Source: Nitrospinaceae bacterium (lineage in GTDB: Bacteria > Nitrospinota > Nitrospinia > Nitrospinales > Nitrospinaceae). From it: a stretch of 64,000 nucleotides of DNA. The stretch lies in the NCBI GenBank assembly GCA_965237905.1, contig OZ250172.1, positions 256,001 through 320,000 on the forward strand, written 5' to 3'. A program made the position numbers and the translations under genes. Positions within the stretch are counted from its first letter, which is position 1; each line of letters begins with the position of its first letter. The notes beneath the pieces were generated by a model. It ran no database searches and was not told the origin of the DNA. It saw nothing but the letters and a program-made list of their open reading frames with translations. Shown here piece by piece: positions 28,820 to 38,844 of the stretch.

Positions 28820-29402
28820 GTTCTTTTACCTTTTCAGCCGGAAGATCAATAAAGTTTTTGAGGAGATCCTTGCCATGAATCGTCAAAATCGATTCGGGAT
28901 GAAACTGCACGCCTTCGACTGCCAGCTCTTTATGGCGGACACCCATGATTTCCTTGTCATCCGATTCGGCGGTGATTTCAAAACAGTCCGGAAGATTGGC
29001 ACGGTTGACCACCAGAGAATGGTACCGGGTCGCTTCAAACGGATTGGGCAGACCCTTGAAAATGGTTTTGCCGTCATGTTGAATCATCGAAGTTTTGCCG
29101 TGCATGAGTTTCCCGGCTTTTATGATTTCGCCGCCAAAGGCCTCTACCACCGACTGATGCCCCAGGCACACACCCAGGAGAGGAATCCTGCCGGCAAAGT
29201 GTTTGATCACTTCCTTGGAGATGCCTGCTTTGGAAGGGGTGCAGGGACCGGGAGAAATCACGATTTTTTGGGGAGCCCGTTTTTCAATTTCATCAATGGA
29301 AATCTGATCGTTGCGGTACACCTCCAGTTCCGCCCCCAACTCGCCCATGTATTGAACGAGGTTGTAGGTGAAGGAATCGTAATTATCGATCATCAGGATC
29401 AT
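28794..29402 (-). CDS. trpG: Anthranilate synthase component II (glutamine amidotransferase)
   Basis: [29 protein letters not shown]. Confidence 0.95.
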   Translation of the reverse strand: MILMIDNYDSFTYNLVQYMGELGAELEVYRNDQISIDEIEKRAPQKIVISPGPCTPSKAGISKEVIKHFAGRIPLLGVCLGHQSVVEAFGGEIIKAGKLMHGKTSMIQHDGKTIFKGLPNPFEATRYHSLVVNRANLPDCFEITAESDDKEIMGVRHKELAVEGVQFHPESILTIHGKDLLKNFIDLPAEKVKEHEGSGHPA

Positions 29403-30895
29403 GGCAGAAGCCCCCTTCCCGCCAAGCCGATGGCCTTGAGCATGGCCTTGCCCTTGTTCATAGTCTCTTCGAATTCATTTTCCGGCACCGAGTCAGCGAC
29501 AATTCCCGCCCCGACCCCAAGGTAGCCCACCTGATCTTTGACCATCAAAGTACGAATGGCGATGGCGGTGTCCATATTGCCTGAAAAGCTGATGTAGCCG
29601 ACGGCTCCGGCATAAATCCCGCGACGTGTCGGTTCCAACTCGTCGATGATCTCCATGGCGCGAATCTTGGGAGCACCGGAAACCGTACCTGCCGGGAACG
29701 CCGCTTTCAGTACATCAAAGCAGTCCAGCCCTTCCTTCAACTTGCCGCGCACATTGGAAACGATGTGCATGACGTGGGAATAGCGTTCGATGCTGAACTT
29801 CTCGTTGACCTCAACGGAATGGACCTGCGCCACCCGGCCGAGGTCGTTACGCCCCAGATCCACCAGCATGATGTGCTCGGCCAACTCCTTTTCATCCTGA
29901 AGCAGATCCTTTTCCAAAAATTGGTCTTCCTCTTCGTCCTTGCCGCGCTTGCGCGTTCCCGCGATGGGGCGCACTTCCACATCGTCGCCCTCCAACCGTA
30001 CCAGAACCTCCGGTGACGAACCGACCACCTGGATATCTCCAAAATTCAGATAGTACATGTAGGGAGAGGGGTTGATCGTCCGCAAAGCCCGGTAAATGGT
30101 GAACGGGTCCTGCTGAAGATCGAACTTGAGACGTTGCGCCAACACCACTTGAATGGCGTCGCCTTCATGAATATAACGTTTGGCCTTGAGCACCGCTTCC
30201 TTAAAGTGCTCCTTGGCAAAATTGGATTCGATGCGCGGGTCTTCATCCACCGATGCGCCGGGAGTTCCCGTAGAAATTTGGGGTGCGGGTTGGCGCAGTT
30301 TCGTTTCAAGAGCGTCGATTTTGGCGAGGGTTTCTTTATAGACCTCCTCCAGATCACGTCCCTGCGTATGCGCGTTGGACACCACCTTGATGGTCTGATT
30401 GACGTTATCGAAAATCAAAAGAGTATCGGTGATGATAAAAATCGAATCGGGAATATCCAGATCGTCTTCCGTCTCGTCCGGCAGATTTTCGAAATACCGC
30501 ACCATGTCGTAACTGATGAACCCCACTGCACCACCGGAAAACCGGGGCAGGCCCGGCATGTCCACCGGTTGGTACTGGGACAGAATCTCTTTTAAAACGG
30601 ACAGAGGGATAGCCCCCTCGACATTTTTCTTTTGCTCGACGCCGTTGTTACGGACGGTGACGGTAGAGCCTTTGGTCTCGATAATGATCGAAGGTCCGCA
30701 TCCCAGGAAGCAATAACGCGCCCACTTGTCGCCGCCCTCCACACTTTCGAGCAGAAACGAGTACGGCTCACCGCCGATCTTCATGTAAGCGGAGACGGGG
30801 GTGTCGAGATCGGCCAGGATTTCCTTATACACGGGAACCAGGTTGCCCCGGCTGGCACACTCTTTAAACTCTTCGAATGTCGGTTTGTACCCCAT
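29399..30895 (-). CDS. trpE: Anthranilate synthase component I
   Basis: [47 protein letters not shown]. Confidence 0.97.
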   Translation of the reverse strand: MGYKPTFEEFKECASRGNLVPVYKEILADLDTPVSAYMKIGGEPYSFLLESVEGGDKWARYCFLGCGPSIIIETKGSTVTVRNNGVEQKKNVEGAIPLSVLKEILSQYQPVDMPGLPRFSGGAVGFISYDMVRYFENLPDETEDDLDIPDSIFIITDTLLIFDNVNQTIKVVSNAHTQGRDLEEVYKETLAKIDALETKLRQPAPQISTGTPGASVDEDPRIESNFAKEHFKEAVLKAKRYIHEGDAIQVVLAQRLKFDLQQDPFTIYRALRTINPSPYMYYLNFGDIQVVGSSPEVLVRLEGDDVEVRPIAGTRKRGKDEEEDQFLEKDLLQDEKELAEHIMLVDLGRNDLGRVAQVHSVEVNEKFSIERYSHVMHIVSNVRGKLKEGLDCFDVLKAAFPAGTVSGAPKIRAMEIIDELEPTRRGIYAGAVGYISFSGNMDTAIAIRTLMVKDQVGYLGVGAGIVADSVPENEFEETMNKGKAMLKAIGLAGRGLLP

Positions 30896-30906
30896 AATCG
30901 CTCAAT

Positions 30907-30930
30907 AAAAAAAGCACAGCGAAACTGTGC
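30907..30930 (-). terminator. Intrinsic terminator / attenuator hairpin directly upstream of trpE
   Basis: Minus strand GCACAG-UUUCG-CUGUGC followed by 7 U, ending 11 nt before the trpE ATG. Confidence 0.7.
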
Positions 30931-30985
30931 CTGAATGATCTACGACCGCAAAAAGCCGTCACAATTTCAATAGGTTAGTTTACAG

Positions 30986-31014
30986 ACTTTATCATTTCGG
31001 ATGAGACGGGTCAA
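30986..31014 (-). promoter_or_regulatory. Putative trp operon promoter (extended -10)
   Basis: Minus strand TTGACC, 17 bp spacer ending TGA, TAAAGT. Confidence 0.55.
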
Positions 31015-31084
31015 GGAGTTTGAAAGTGGAGAGAACGGTCCGTGGACCGTAACTTAAACCTTAAAAAATTCAATCAGTAACAAA

Positions 31085-31909
31085 CTACTCGACGGCGGTC
31101 CAGTCTTCACCGTTCCAGTGCAGGATGAGGCCGTTGTCGCCGACCGCGTACATATTTTCCTCGGAAGTCCCCCAGATAGCGGTCAGGTATTCTTCGGTAT
31201 TGGATTCAATCCGAGTCCACTGGTCACCGTCGAGAAACATGATCATTCCCATGTCGCCGACCGCGAAGACAAACTCCGCGCTGGGCCCCCAGATATCGAG
31301 AAAAAATTCCATGGTTTGGGAGGGCATTTCTTTGAACTCGGCACCGTTGAAATGGATGATGGTGCCGTCGGAACCGCAGAAGTACATGTTGTCCGATGCG
31401 AATCCGCAAATACTGTACAACTCGGCGTTGGAGTTGAAGGTCAGGCGTTCCCAATGATCGCCTACCAGACGCAGGACTAGTCCGTCGAAGCCGACGGCGT
31501 ACATGCACTCGTCATTGCCCCACAAAGAGGCGACATCGGTGTTCGTACCCGAACTCATGAACTTCCATTGGGAGCCGTTCCAGCGGCCGATTTTCCCCAA
31601 CCGGCAACCGACAAAAATATCATCCGGTCCCCGGCCCCAGATGGCAGACATGGGCGGAAAGCTTTCTGTATCCTCAGGCATCCATACTTTGCCATCGTAA
31701 TGCAAAATCTTGCCGTCGGTGCATACCCCGTACAGATTGTCTGGCGCGCTTCCCCACATCCGCTTCATGGTCCAGCGTCCGCCGGAATCCATTTTGGTCC
31801 ATTGCTTGCCGTCGAAATGCAGGATGGTTCCCTCGGCACCGCCGATGAATACATTGTCTTCGCCAAACCCGTAGATGGACAGCAAGTGACTGGTAGTCAG
31901 ACTGCTCAT
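31085..31909 (-). CDS. Seven-repeat Trp-rich beta-propeller protein
   Basis: 7 repeats of ~40 aa, l..iWG......avG..G.Il.ydG..W; GGGAG SD before ATG 31909; no signal peptide. Confidence 0.8.
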   Translation of the reverse strand: MSSLTTSHLLSIYGFGEDNVFIGGAEGTILHFDGKQWTKMDSGGRWTMKRMWGSAPDNLYGVCTDGKILHYDGKVWMPEDTESFPPMSAIWGRGPDDIFVGCRLGKIGRWNGSQWKFMSSGTNTDVASLWGNDECMYAVGFDGLVLRLVGDHWERLTFNSNAELYSICGFASDNMYFCGSDGTIIHFNGAEFKEMPSQTMEFFLDIWGPSAEFVFAVGDMGMIMFLDGDQWTRIESNTEEYLTAIWGTSEENMYAVGDNGLILHWNGEDWTAVE

Positions 31910-31952
31910 TCTCAACTCCCTTGAATAAAGTAAGCCCTATTCTATATTATTC

Positions 31953-31983
31953 GTGTCGCCCTTCGACAGGCTCAGGGTGACAC
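31953..31983. repeat. REP-like imperfect palindrome (TGTCACCCTGAGCCTGTCGAAGGG type)
   Basis: GTGTCGCCCT...AGGGTGACAC arms; a related TCACCCT...AGGGTGA element lies at 62746-62774. Confidence 0.6.
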
Positions 31984-32010
31984 CCTCTCTATTTTTCGAT
32001 GGTTTAAATT

Positions 32011-32030
32011 GAGTCCAGCGTCACGCTGGT
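32011..32030 (+). repeat. 20-bp palindromic repeat, copy 1
   Basis: GAGTCCAGCGTCACGCTGGT, identical to 62783-62802. Confidence 0.8.
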
Positions 32031-32867
32031 TTATAGCGACAGGTCATTCCATTGTTTGCCGTCGTAACGCAGGACGGTGCCGTTTTCCCCGCAGGCATAA
32101 ACTTGTTCTGGCCCCAAACCTCGCACCTTGGTCAGATAGTTGTCGTTGCCCGATTCCATGGGGCTCCATTGCTTGCCGTCGTGATGGAGGATAACGGCAT
32201 TGTCACCGACCGCGAAAATATGATCGTCTGCGGTGCCCCAAACTGCCAAAAGGTATTCCTGGGTGCCGGATTCCATGGATGTCCACTCCTCGCCGTTAAA
32301 ATGCAGGATGGTGCCCTCCGACCCGACGATGTAGACGCTGTTGTTACCCGTGCCCCAGACGCCATAAAGAGAGACGGTCTCTTCGGTCAATTCTTCACGG
32401 CGCTGAAAGGTTGTGCCGTCGTAGAACCGGTAAATGCCTTCGCCGCCGACCGCGTGGATATGCTCGATATCTTCTCCCCAGAACCCAAACAGATCGTGGA
32501 TGGTATTGGGTTCGCGGTATTCCCAGGACTTGCCGTTCCAAAACAACACACGCCCCCCCACCCCGAATATGAAAAGATGGTCCGAGTCGTAGCCATAAAC
32601 CGAGTTGAGCGAGTCAAAATTCCCGGTATCGATCACCTTCCAGTCCTTGCCTTCATAATGGAGCACCACGCCGCCGATGCCGACTGCGTAGATATCGTTT
32701 TCATGCGCGGCCCAGATGCCCATCAGGGGGTTGGCGTTGTCAGTGCGCACGGGAGTCCAGTCTTCCCCGTCATAATGCTGGGGGATGCCGTCTTTCCCGA
32801 CCACGTAAATGCTGTCTTCCCGGAGAGGACAGATGTCCAGCAGGTCCGGTTTTTCACCTGTAAACAT
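32031..32867 (-). CDS. Seven-repeat Trp-rich beta-propeller protein (paralog)
   Basis: 7 repeats of the same consensus as 31085-31909. Confidence 0.8.
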   Translation of the reverse strand: MFTGEKPDLLDICPLREDSIYVVGKDGIPQHYDGEDWTPVRTDNANPLMGIWAAHENDIYAVGIGGVVLHYEGKDWKVIDTGNFDSLNSVYGYDSDHLFIFGVGGRVLFWNGKSWEYREPNTIHDLFGFWGEDIEHIHAVGGEGIYRFYDGTTFQRREELTEETVSLYGVWGTGNNSVYIVGSEGTILHFNGEEWTSMESGTQEYLLAVWGTADDHIFAVGDNAVILHHDGKQWSPMESGNDNYLTKVRGLGPEQVYACGENGTVLRYDGKQWNDLSL

Positions 32868-32936
32868 AGAGTACGGCTACCTTTCTCGTTATCCCTAAGA
32901 ACTTTACATCCCAGATAAGAGGAGTTGCAACCCTTT

Positions 32937-33069
32937 TCCCCTCCTTAGCAAGGAAGGGATACAGGGGAGGTTACGATAATTTTCTTCTTCCCTGCTTTTA
33001 TAGTTGCCTGAATCGTGAGCAGGTTTAAAAATCAACCCCACCTCAGTCCTCCCCTTGGTAAGGGGAGGA
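32937..33069. repeat. Inverted pair of CCCCTT..AAGGGG palindromic elements (REPIN/MITE-like)
   Basis: 32937-32972 and 33034-33069 are imperfect reverse complements, each with an internal hairpin. Confidence 0.6.
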
Positions 33070-33208
33070 GGATATTGGAGCTGGCGTTATGCTAGGTGGA
33101 ACAAAAGGTGTTTATTGTAACTGAAACCGGGGGCCACTCAATTAAAAGGATGGCGGGGAGCAGTAAATTCTGATTGGCGGGAGGGTATTTCAGGATGGGG
33201 TCTAAGGC

Positions 33209-34108
33209 TCAGGCCTCTTCTCCCCCCTGTCCCAGGCGGAAAACCAGATTTTCCAGGTTCGGAAGATTGGGGGAATTTTTGATCATCTCCTGAGCTTCGT
33301 CGTTGATGTCATTATGAATCAGCACCAGGCTTTTCAGATTTTTGAGATATTTGGATTCTGCAATCGCGCGGGCGCCCTCATCGGTGATTTCGCATTCGTA
33401 CAAATCGAGCAGAGTGATGTTTTGCATATTCTCCGAATTCGCGATGGCCTGAATGCCTTCGTTGCCGATGGGGTTGAACGTCATCGTCAACTGTTCCAGG
33501 TTTTTGAGGGTTTCGGAATTGGCCAGGGCTATCGCGCCTTCGGTTTCGATAAAGTTCCAGTTAAGATTGAGCTCCGTCAACTTGGACAGATTGGAAGACT
33601 GGGCGATGGCCTTCGCTCCATCGTTTCCGATATTGTTGCGGTAGATAGATAACTGGTTGAGCCGCGTCAGGCTTTTCGAGTTCGCGATTGCCGCCACCCC
33701 TTCATCCCCCAAGCCGTCACCGAGCCACAGCGAGACCAGGTTTCCCATAATATTGGATTCCGCCAGGGCCTTGGCACCTTCCACCGACACTTTATTGTCG
33801 CTGAGTATCAACTCGGAAAGGTTCAGCATGGATTTGGATTTGGCCATGGCCTTGACACCCTCATTCGTCACTTCATTTTTAAACAGGTTGAGGACGGTCA
33901 GGTTTTTCATGGTCGGGCATTCGAGAATCGCCCGCAATCCGTCATCGCCAATTTCGTTGAACTCGAGAAACAGCGCGGTGACTCCCTTGACCTCACCGCT
34001 TTTCATGATCTCGATGATATCCTCGTCCTTCAGTTCCTTTTCCCGCAAATCGAGTTCGCTGTTCTCGATATTGAGTCCTTCTTTCACCAAATCTGCCGTG
34101 TCGACCAT
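33209..34108 (-). CDS. Cytoplasmic leucine-rich repeat protein (28-aa repeats)
   Basis: About 9 LRRs, acidic, no signal peptide; AGGAGG SD. Confidence 0.88.
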   Translation of the reverse strand: MVDTADLVKEGLNIENSELDLREKELKDEDIIEIMKSGEVKGVTALFLEFNEIGDDGLRAILECPTMKNLTVLNLFKNEVTNEGVKAMAKSKSMLNLSELILSDNKVSVEGAKALAESNIMGNLVSLWLGDGLGDEGVAAIANSKSLTRLNQLSIYRNNIGNDGAKAIAQSSNLSKLTELNLNWNFIETEGAIALANSETLKNLEQLTMTFNPIGNEGIQAIANSENMQNITLLDLYECEITDEGARAIAESKYLKNLKSLVLIHNDINDEAQEMIKNSPNLPNLENLVFRLGQGGEEA

Positions 34109-34331
34109 AATTCCTCCTTGCCCTCTTTGTCTGAAATGGATGTAAGAGGACTATTCTAGAAAAACCAACTGCTTTGTAAAGGGTTAATTTTAAAAGTTTG
34201 AAGCCACACCTTGTGAGAAGGCAGGGAGGTTGATATGATAGCCGGGCCTTGCCACCGGCAGGGGGAGCACTAGAATGTTGGTTTACTTGCACTTAACCTT
34301 AAAATCGCCGTTTATACAGAGACCTTTTTCA

Positions 34332-35324
34332 ATGACCCGGAATATCGAAGAAATCACCGCCACCGTCCAGCAGTCCAGCCAATTCATCCCGAAGATGATC
34401 CAGGAAATGGAGCGCATCATCGTCGGCCAGCGCTATTTGATCGATCGGCTGATCCTCGGCCTGTTGACGGGCGAACACATTCTGGTCGAGGGCGTTCCCG
34501 GTCTGGCCAAGACCACCGCCGTTAAAACTCTGGCCCAAACCGTCGAAGCCAGCTTCAAGCGCATTCAATTCACCCCGGACCTGCTTCCGGCGGATTTGAT
34601 CGGCACGCAGGTTTACCAACCGAAGACCGAAGAGTTTGTCGTGAAGAAAGGTCCCCTCTTCGCCAACATCATTCTGGCGGATGAAATCAATCGTGCCCCC
34701 GCCAAAGTGCAGAGCGCGCTTTTGGAAGCCATGGAGGAACGACAGATCACTATTGGCGGCGAAACCTTTCTCCTACCCGATCCGTTCATGGTGATGGCCA
34801 CGCAGAACCCCATCGAACAGGAAGGCACTTATCCTCTGCCGGAAGCGCAGGTCGACCGTTTCGTCTTCAAGCTGAAAATCGACTACCCCTCCAAGGCAGA
34901 AGAAAAGCAGATCATTCAAAAGGTATCGTCGTCCAACAATCATTCCAAAATCAACGCCGTGATCCATCCGGAGGAAATCGCCAAGGCCCGGGAAGTTTAC
35001 GAATCCATTTATATCGACGAAAACCTGCAGGACTACATCGTCAATCTGGTCGCCGCCACGCGGTCACCGGAAACCCACAATCTCAATTCCCTGAAGGCGA
35101 TGATTCAATACGGCGCGTCGCCGCGTGCATCCATTTTTCTGAACCGGGTATCTAAAGCCTACGCCTTCATGCAGGGGCGCGGGTACGTGGTGCCGCACGA
35201 TATCAAAACCATCGGATTTGACATCATGCGTCACCGTCTCATCCTGACTTACGAGGCGGAGGCCGAAAACGTGACCCCCGACGAGATATTGAAAAAAATA
35301 TTCGATACCATTGAGGTCCCCTAA
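34332..35324 (+). CDS. moxR: MoxR family AAA+ ATPase
   Basis: GVPGLAKT, RIQFTPDLLP, DEINRAP, TQNPIEQEGTYPLPEAQ.DRF, GASPR; ATG 34332. Confidence 0.95.
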   Translation: MTRNIEEITATVQQSSQFIPKMIQEMERIIVGQRYLIDRLILGLLTGEHILVEGVPGLAKTTAVKTLAQTVEASFKRIQFTPDLLPADLIGTQVYQPKTEEFVVKKGPLFANIILADEINRAPAKVQSALLEAMEERQITIGGETFLLPDPFMVMATQNPIEQEGTYPLPEAQVDRFVFKLKIDYPSKAEEKQIIQKVSSSNNHSKINAVIHPEEIAKAREVYESIYIDENLQDYIVNLVAATRSPETHNLNSLKAMIQYGASPRASIFLNRVSKAYAFMQGRGYVVPHDIKTIGFDIMRHRLILTYEAEAENVTPDEILKKIFDTIEVP

Positions 35325-35332
35325 AATCACTC

Positions 35333-36280
35333 ATGTTTCCCTTTTTGCAAAAATTGACCGGATCGTTCCACGAGCCCCCTCCGCCGCCGGATGAGTTTGA
35401 AAAATCCATTTCACCGGAGCTGATCAAAAAAATTCGAGATATCCAGGTGAAGACTAATCATCTGGTCAATCACATGATGGCTGGGGAATACGTGTCCGCC
35501 TTCAAAGGCCGGGGCATGGAGTTCAGCGAAGTGCGCGAATACGAACCGGGCGACGATGTGCGGCTGATCGACTGGAACGTGACCGCCCGCATGGGTCACC
35601 TCTACATCAAAGAGTTTAAGGAAGAGCGCGAGCTCACTGTCATGCTGTTGGTGGATGTCAGCTCGTCAGGTGAATTCGGGTCGGTGGAGAAACTCAAAAA
35701 CGAAGTGGCGGCAGAAATCGCCTCGGTGCTGGCGTTCTCGGCCATCAAAAACAACGACAAGGTCGGGCTGATCGTATTTTCGGACAAGATCGAACAATAT
35801 ATCCTGCCGCAGAAAGGCCGCGCCCATATCTGGAACCTGATCCGCACCATCCTCAATTTTGTGCCGGAAGGGCGTCACACAGATTTGAATCTGCCTCTCG
35901 AATATTTGTTGCGAGTACAAAAGAGAAAATCCGTGGCATTCCTGATTTCAGATTTTCAGGCGGAAGGGTATTTGCGGAACCTGCGGTTGGTCCGGCAAAA
36001 ACATGACCTGATTGCCATCTCCATTACCGATCCACGGGAATATGAATTGCCTGACGTGGGCTGGGTGCATCTGGAAGATGCGGAAACCGGGGAAACGCTT
36101 TTAGTCGATACCGCCGACCGGAAAATGGTCGGGCAATGGTCTCAGCTTAAAATGAAGGAGCGGCAGGATCGAAAAAAACAGTTCCATGCCCACGGAGTGG
36201 ACATCGTAGAAGTCCGTACCGACCAGTCATTAACGCAACCATTGATCCGGTTCTTTAAAATGAGAGAAAAGAGACACTGA
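35333..36280 (+). CDS. DUF58 domain protein
   Basis: GMEFSEVREY.PGDDVR.IDWNVTAR, ISDF; follows moxR. Confidence 0.93.
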   Translation: MFPFLQKLTGSFHEPPPPPDEFEKSISPELIKKIRDIQVKTNHLVNHMMAGEYVSAFKGRGMEFSEVREYEPGDDVRLIDWNVTARMGHLYIKEFKEERELTVMLLVDVSSSGEFGSVEKLKNEVAAEIASVLAFSAIKNNDKVGLIVFSDKIEQYILPQKGRAHIWNLIRTILNFVPEGRHTDLNLPLEYLLRVQKRKSVAFLISDFQAEGYLRNLRLVRQKHDLIAISITDPREYELPDVGWVHLEDAETGETLLVDTADRKMVGQWSQLKMKERQDRKKQFHAHGVDIVEVRTDQSLTQPLIRFFKMREKRH

Positions 36281-36282
36281 AA

Positions 36283-36798
36283 ATGCCAACACCCGACGAA
36301 AAAGAAGTTGACGATCCCAACAGCCGCAAATTGCCGCCCGTGAACCACGAACCCGGTAAAACTTCCGGGATTCGGATACCGACGGCGGGAGTGAGCACCA
36401 AACTAAAAGTCTTCGTGATCGGATTGACGTTTCTCACGATAGCGGTTTTTAGTGTGTTCTCTGTAATGTTTATCAAAAAGATGTTCGTCAAACAAACTGA
36501 TAACGTAACGTGGGGACCCCAACTGGTGACGATTGCCGAAGAGCTGAAAGACAAGGGACTCAAGCCGCAGGCCATCGAACACTATCAAAAATACCTAAAC
36601 ACCCAGGAGGTGGACCTGAAAACCCGTTCCTGGATTTCCTTTGACATCGCCACACTGTATGTCGAGCTTGGCAAATGCGACGATGCTGTGGTCTGGTTCC
36701 TCCACGCAAAAGCCGCGCAACCTACCGCACCCTGGGTCCAGAAATCGGAAGTTCAGTTGCAATCATGCCGGAGCCGATCAAAACCATCTCAACAATAA
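36283..36798 (+). CDS. Membrane-anchored TPR-like protein
   Basis: One TM segment then helical AIEHYQKYL / ATLYVELGKCDDA pattern; tight operon spacing. Confidence 0.65.
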   Translation: MPTPDEKEVDDPNSRKLPPVNHEPGKTSGIRIPTAGVSTKLKVFVIGLTFLTIAVFSVFSVMFIKKMFVKQTDNVTWGPQLVTIAEELKDKGLKPQAIEHYQKYLNTQEVDLKTRSWISFDIATLYVELGKCDDAVVWFLHAKAAQPTAPWVQKSEVQLQSCRSRSKPSQQ

Positions 36799-37832
36799 TG
36801 AATATGATGAAGCGTACCTCTCCGGCCTTATTGAATTACTGGCGAGGATTGCTCATGGTGCTGGGGGTAGTGCTGGCACCCCTGCCGGTTTTTGCGGACG
36901 CAACGGTCCCATCCCCCATCTCGGCTGAGACCCGCGTCAGCCAACGCCAGGTCACCATCGGGGATATCGTCACCTACTCCATCGTCGTCCGCCACGATGC
37001 CGGCATTCATGTCCTTCCGCCAGACCCTGCCGCCCATTTTGAAAAAGGGTTTGAATATGTCGATCAGGGAACCTCTGAGCCTGGAGAAATAGCGGGCCAA
37101 CAGGAAGAGACCTTCTGGTTCAAGGTCCGGGCGGATGCCGTCGGGTTCTACAACCTCCCCAAAATTCCCATTGAGTTTACAAGTCCGTCGCCCGACGATC
37201 CGTCTCATCCCATACCCGGAACCTTGCAAGCGCCGGAGGCGGTGATTGAAATCCGTTCGGTTCTTTTTCAGGATGGCGAACCGAACGACATTAAAGACAT
37301 CAAACCCATCATCGGGGCGGGGTGGGACTGGCAAAGATATCTCCAGTGGATTCTTTTGGGCCTGGTGGTTCTGGCGATGGTTGCAGGGTTTATCTGGTGG
37401 TTCAAGAAAACGAAAAAACCTCCCGCGCTGGCGTCCGCTTCGGCTCCGGATTTAAAACCGCATGAAATCGCTTTGGCGGAGCTCGATCAACTGCTGGCCA
37501 AAAAACTGCTCGAAAGCGGACAGGTCCGGGAGCATTATTTTGAGTTATCGGAAATTTTTCGGCGCTATCTGGGCACGCTCCTGTCGATCCCTGCACTGGA
37601 CTGGACCACGGAAGAAATCGGCACCTATGTATCCGGTCATGGCAAAATGGATGCCGCTGTACGGCAAACCATTCTTTCTCTGCTTCCGGCAACGGACCAA
37701 GTCAAATTTGCGAAGGCCCCGGTCGAACTGCAAACGGCGTTCGACCATGTCGCGGCAGTGCGCGATTTTATACGGACCACGACACCGGAAATCACATCCA
37801 AGTTTCAGGTCAAATCGCCAACGGCGGCTTAA
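36798..37832 (+). CDS. Bat-operon membrane protein (BatD-like N-terminus, TM, helical C-terminus)
   Basis: ATG overlaps the previous stop (TAATG); signal peptide, DIKDIKP, TM helix, PHEIAL.EL...LSEIFRRYL...VKFAK. Confidence 0.75.
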   Translation: MNMMKRTSPALLNYWRGLLMVLGVVLAPLPVFADATVPSPISAETRVSQRQVTIGDIVTYSIVVRHDAGIHVLPPDPAAHFEKGFEYVDQGTSEPGEIAGQQEETFWFKVRADAVGFYNLPKIPIEFTSPSPDDPSHPIPGTLQAPEAVIEIRSVLFQDGEPNDIKDIKPIIGAGWDWQRYLQWILLGLVVLAMVAGFIWWFKKTKKPPALASASAPDLKPHEIALAELDQLLAKKLLESGQVREHYFELSEIFRRYLGTLLSIPALDWTTEEIGTYVSGHGKMDAAVRQTILSLLPATDQVKFAKAPVELQTAFDHVAAVRDFIRTTTPEITSKFQVKSPTAA

Positions 37833-37844
37833 AGTTAAAAAATT

Positions 37845-38843
37845 ATGAGTTATTTTCAGTTTCAGGACCCCTGGTTGTTTCTGCTTCTAGCCGTCATCCC
37901 GCTACTCATTTATCGGGCCCTGAAAAGCCGCCCGGCAACCCTCCATTTTTCCTCACTCGGTTCCCTGAAAACCCTGCACCGCAGAGGAGTGGATTTTCTC
38001 GCCGCCACACCCCTGATCCTCAGATGTCTCGCCATCGTTTTGCTGGTGACGGCACTGGCCCGCCCGCAGGAAGGACGCAAGAGCACCGAAATCCTGTCCG
38101 CCGGAGTAGACATCCTGCTGGCCATCGACACTTCGGGAAGCATGCGGGCGATGGATTTCGAAAAGAATCATCAGCCGGTCGACCGGTTGACGGTGGTCAA
38201 GGACGTGGTCAGCGAATTCATCGACAGCCGCGAGTTTGACCGCATGGGGATGGTGGTGTTCGGAAACGAAGCGTTCACCCAATGTCCCCTTACTTTGGAC
38301 CACGACATCCTCCACTCGTTCCTGAACAAACTGCAAATCGGCGTGGCGGGAGATTCCACAGCCATCGGCTCGGCAATTGGAATTTCCGTGAAGCGACTGA
38401 AGGATCTGGAATCCAAATCGAAAGTGATTATCCTGCTGACCGACGGCCGAAACAATGTACAGAACATCACCCCATTCCAGGCGGCGGAGATTGCGAAAAC
38501 CTACGGTATCAAAATTTACACGGTGGGTGTGGGAACCACAGGCCAGGCTCCTTTTCCAATAAACACTCCTTTCGGACAGCAAATGCTGATGCAGAGAGCC
38601 GGAATAGACGAGGACTCTCTGAAAAAGATCGCCGCACAAACCGGCGGGCGGTATTTCCGCGCTACCGACTCGGATTCATTGAAACAGATTTATGCGCAGA
38701 TCGATTCCCTGGAAAAATCGGAAGTTAAATGGATCGACCACTCCGAATACCGGGAACTGTTTCCCCTGTTCCTGATTCCCGCCCTGCTACTGGTGTTCGC
38801 CGAAATGCTTCTCACTCAAACGCGTTTGCGGAGGGTGCCCTGA
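37845..38843 (+). CDS. batA: VWA domain protein BatA
   Basis: N-terminal BatA TM (LARPQ), MIDAS DTSGSM, TAIG, LLTDG. Confidence 0.9.
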   Translation: MSYFQFQDPWLFLLLAVIPLLIYRALKSRPATLHFSSLGSLKTLHRRGVDFLAATPLILRCLAIVLLVTALARPQEGRKSTEILSAGVDILLAIDTSGSMRAMDFEKNHQPVDRLTVVKDVVSEFIDSREFDRMGMVVFGNEAFTQCPLTLDHDILHSFLNKLQIGVAGDSTAIGSAIGISVKRLKDLESKSKVIILLTDGRNNVQNITPFQAAEIAKTYGIKIYTVGVGTTGQAPFPINTPFGQQMLMQRAGIDEDSLKKIAAQTGGRYFRATDSDSLKQIYAQIDSLEKSEVKWIDHSEYRELFPLFLIPALLLVFAEMLLTQTRLRRVP

Positions 38844-38844
38844 C

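Noticed and set aside
31035..31050. Palindrome ACGGTC-cgtg-GACCGT upstream of the trp promoter
   Set aside because: Single short hairpin; cannot be distinguished from a 3' stabilising hairpin of the upstream gene and does not resemble the E. coli TrpR operator.
19655..34108. Periodic DNA similarity that could suggest a CRISPR array or tandem repeat
   Set aside because: The periodicity is coding (LRR, NHL, propeller repeats) and degenerate at third codon positions; no identical repeats with unique spacers and no cas genes.
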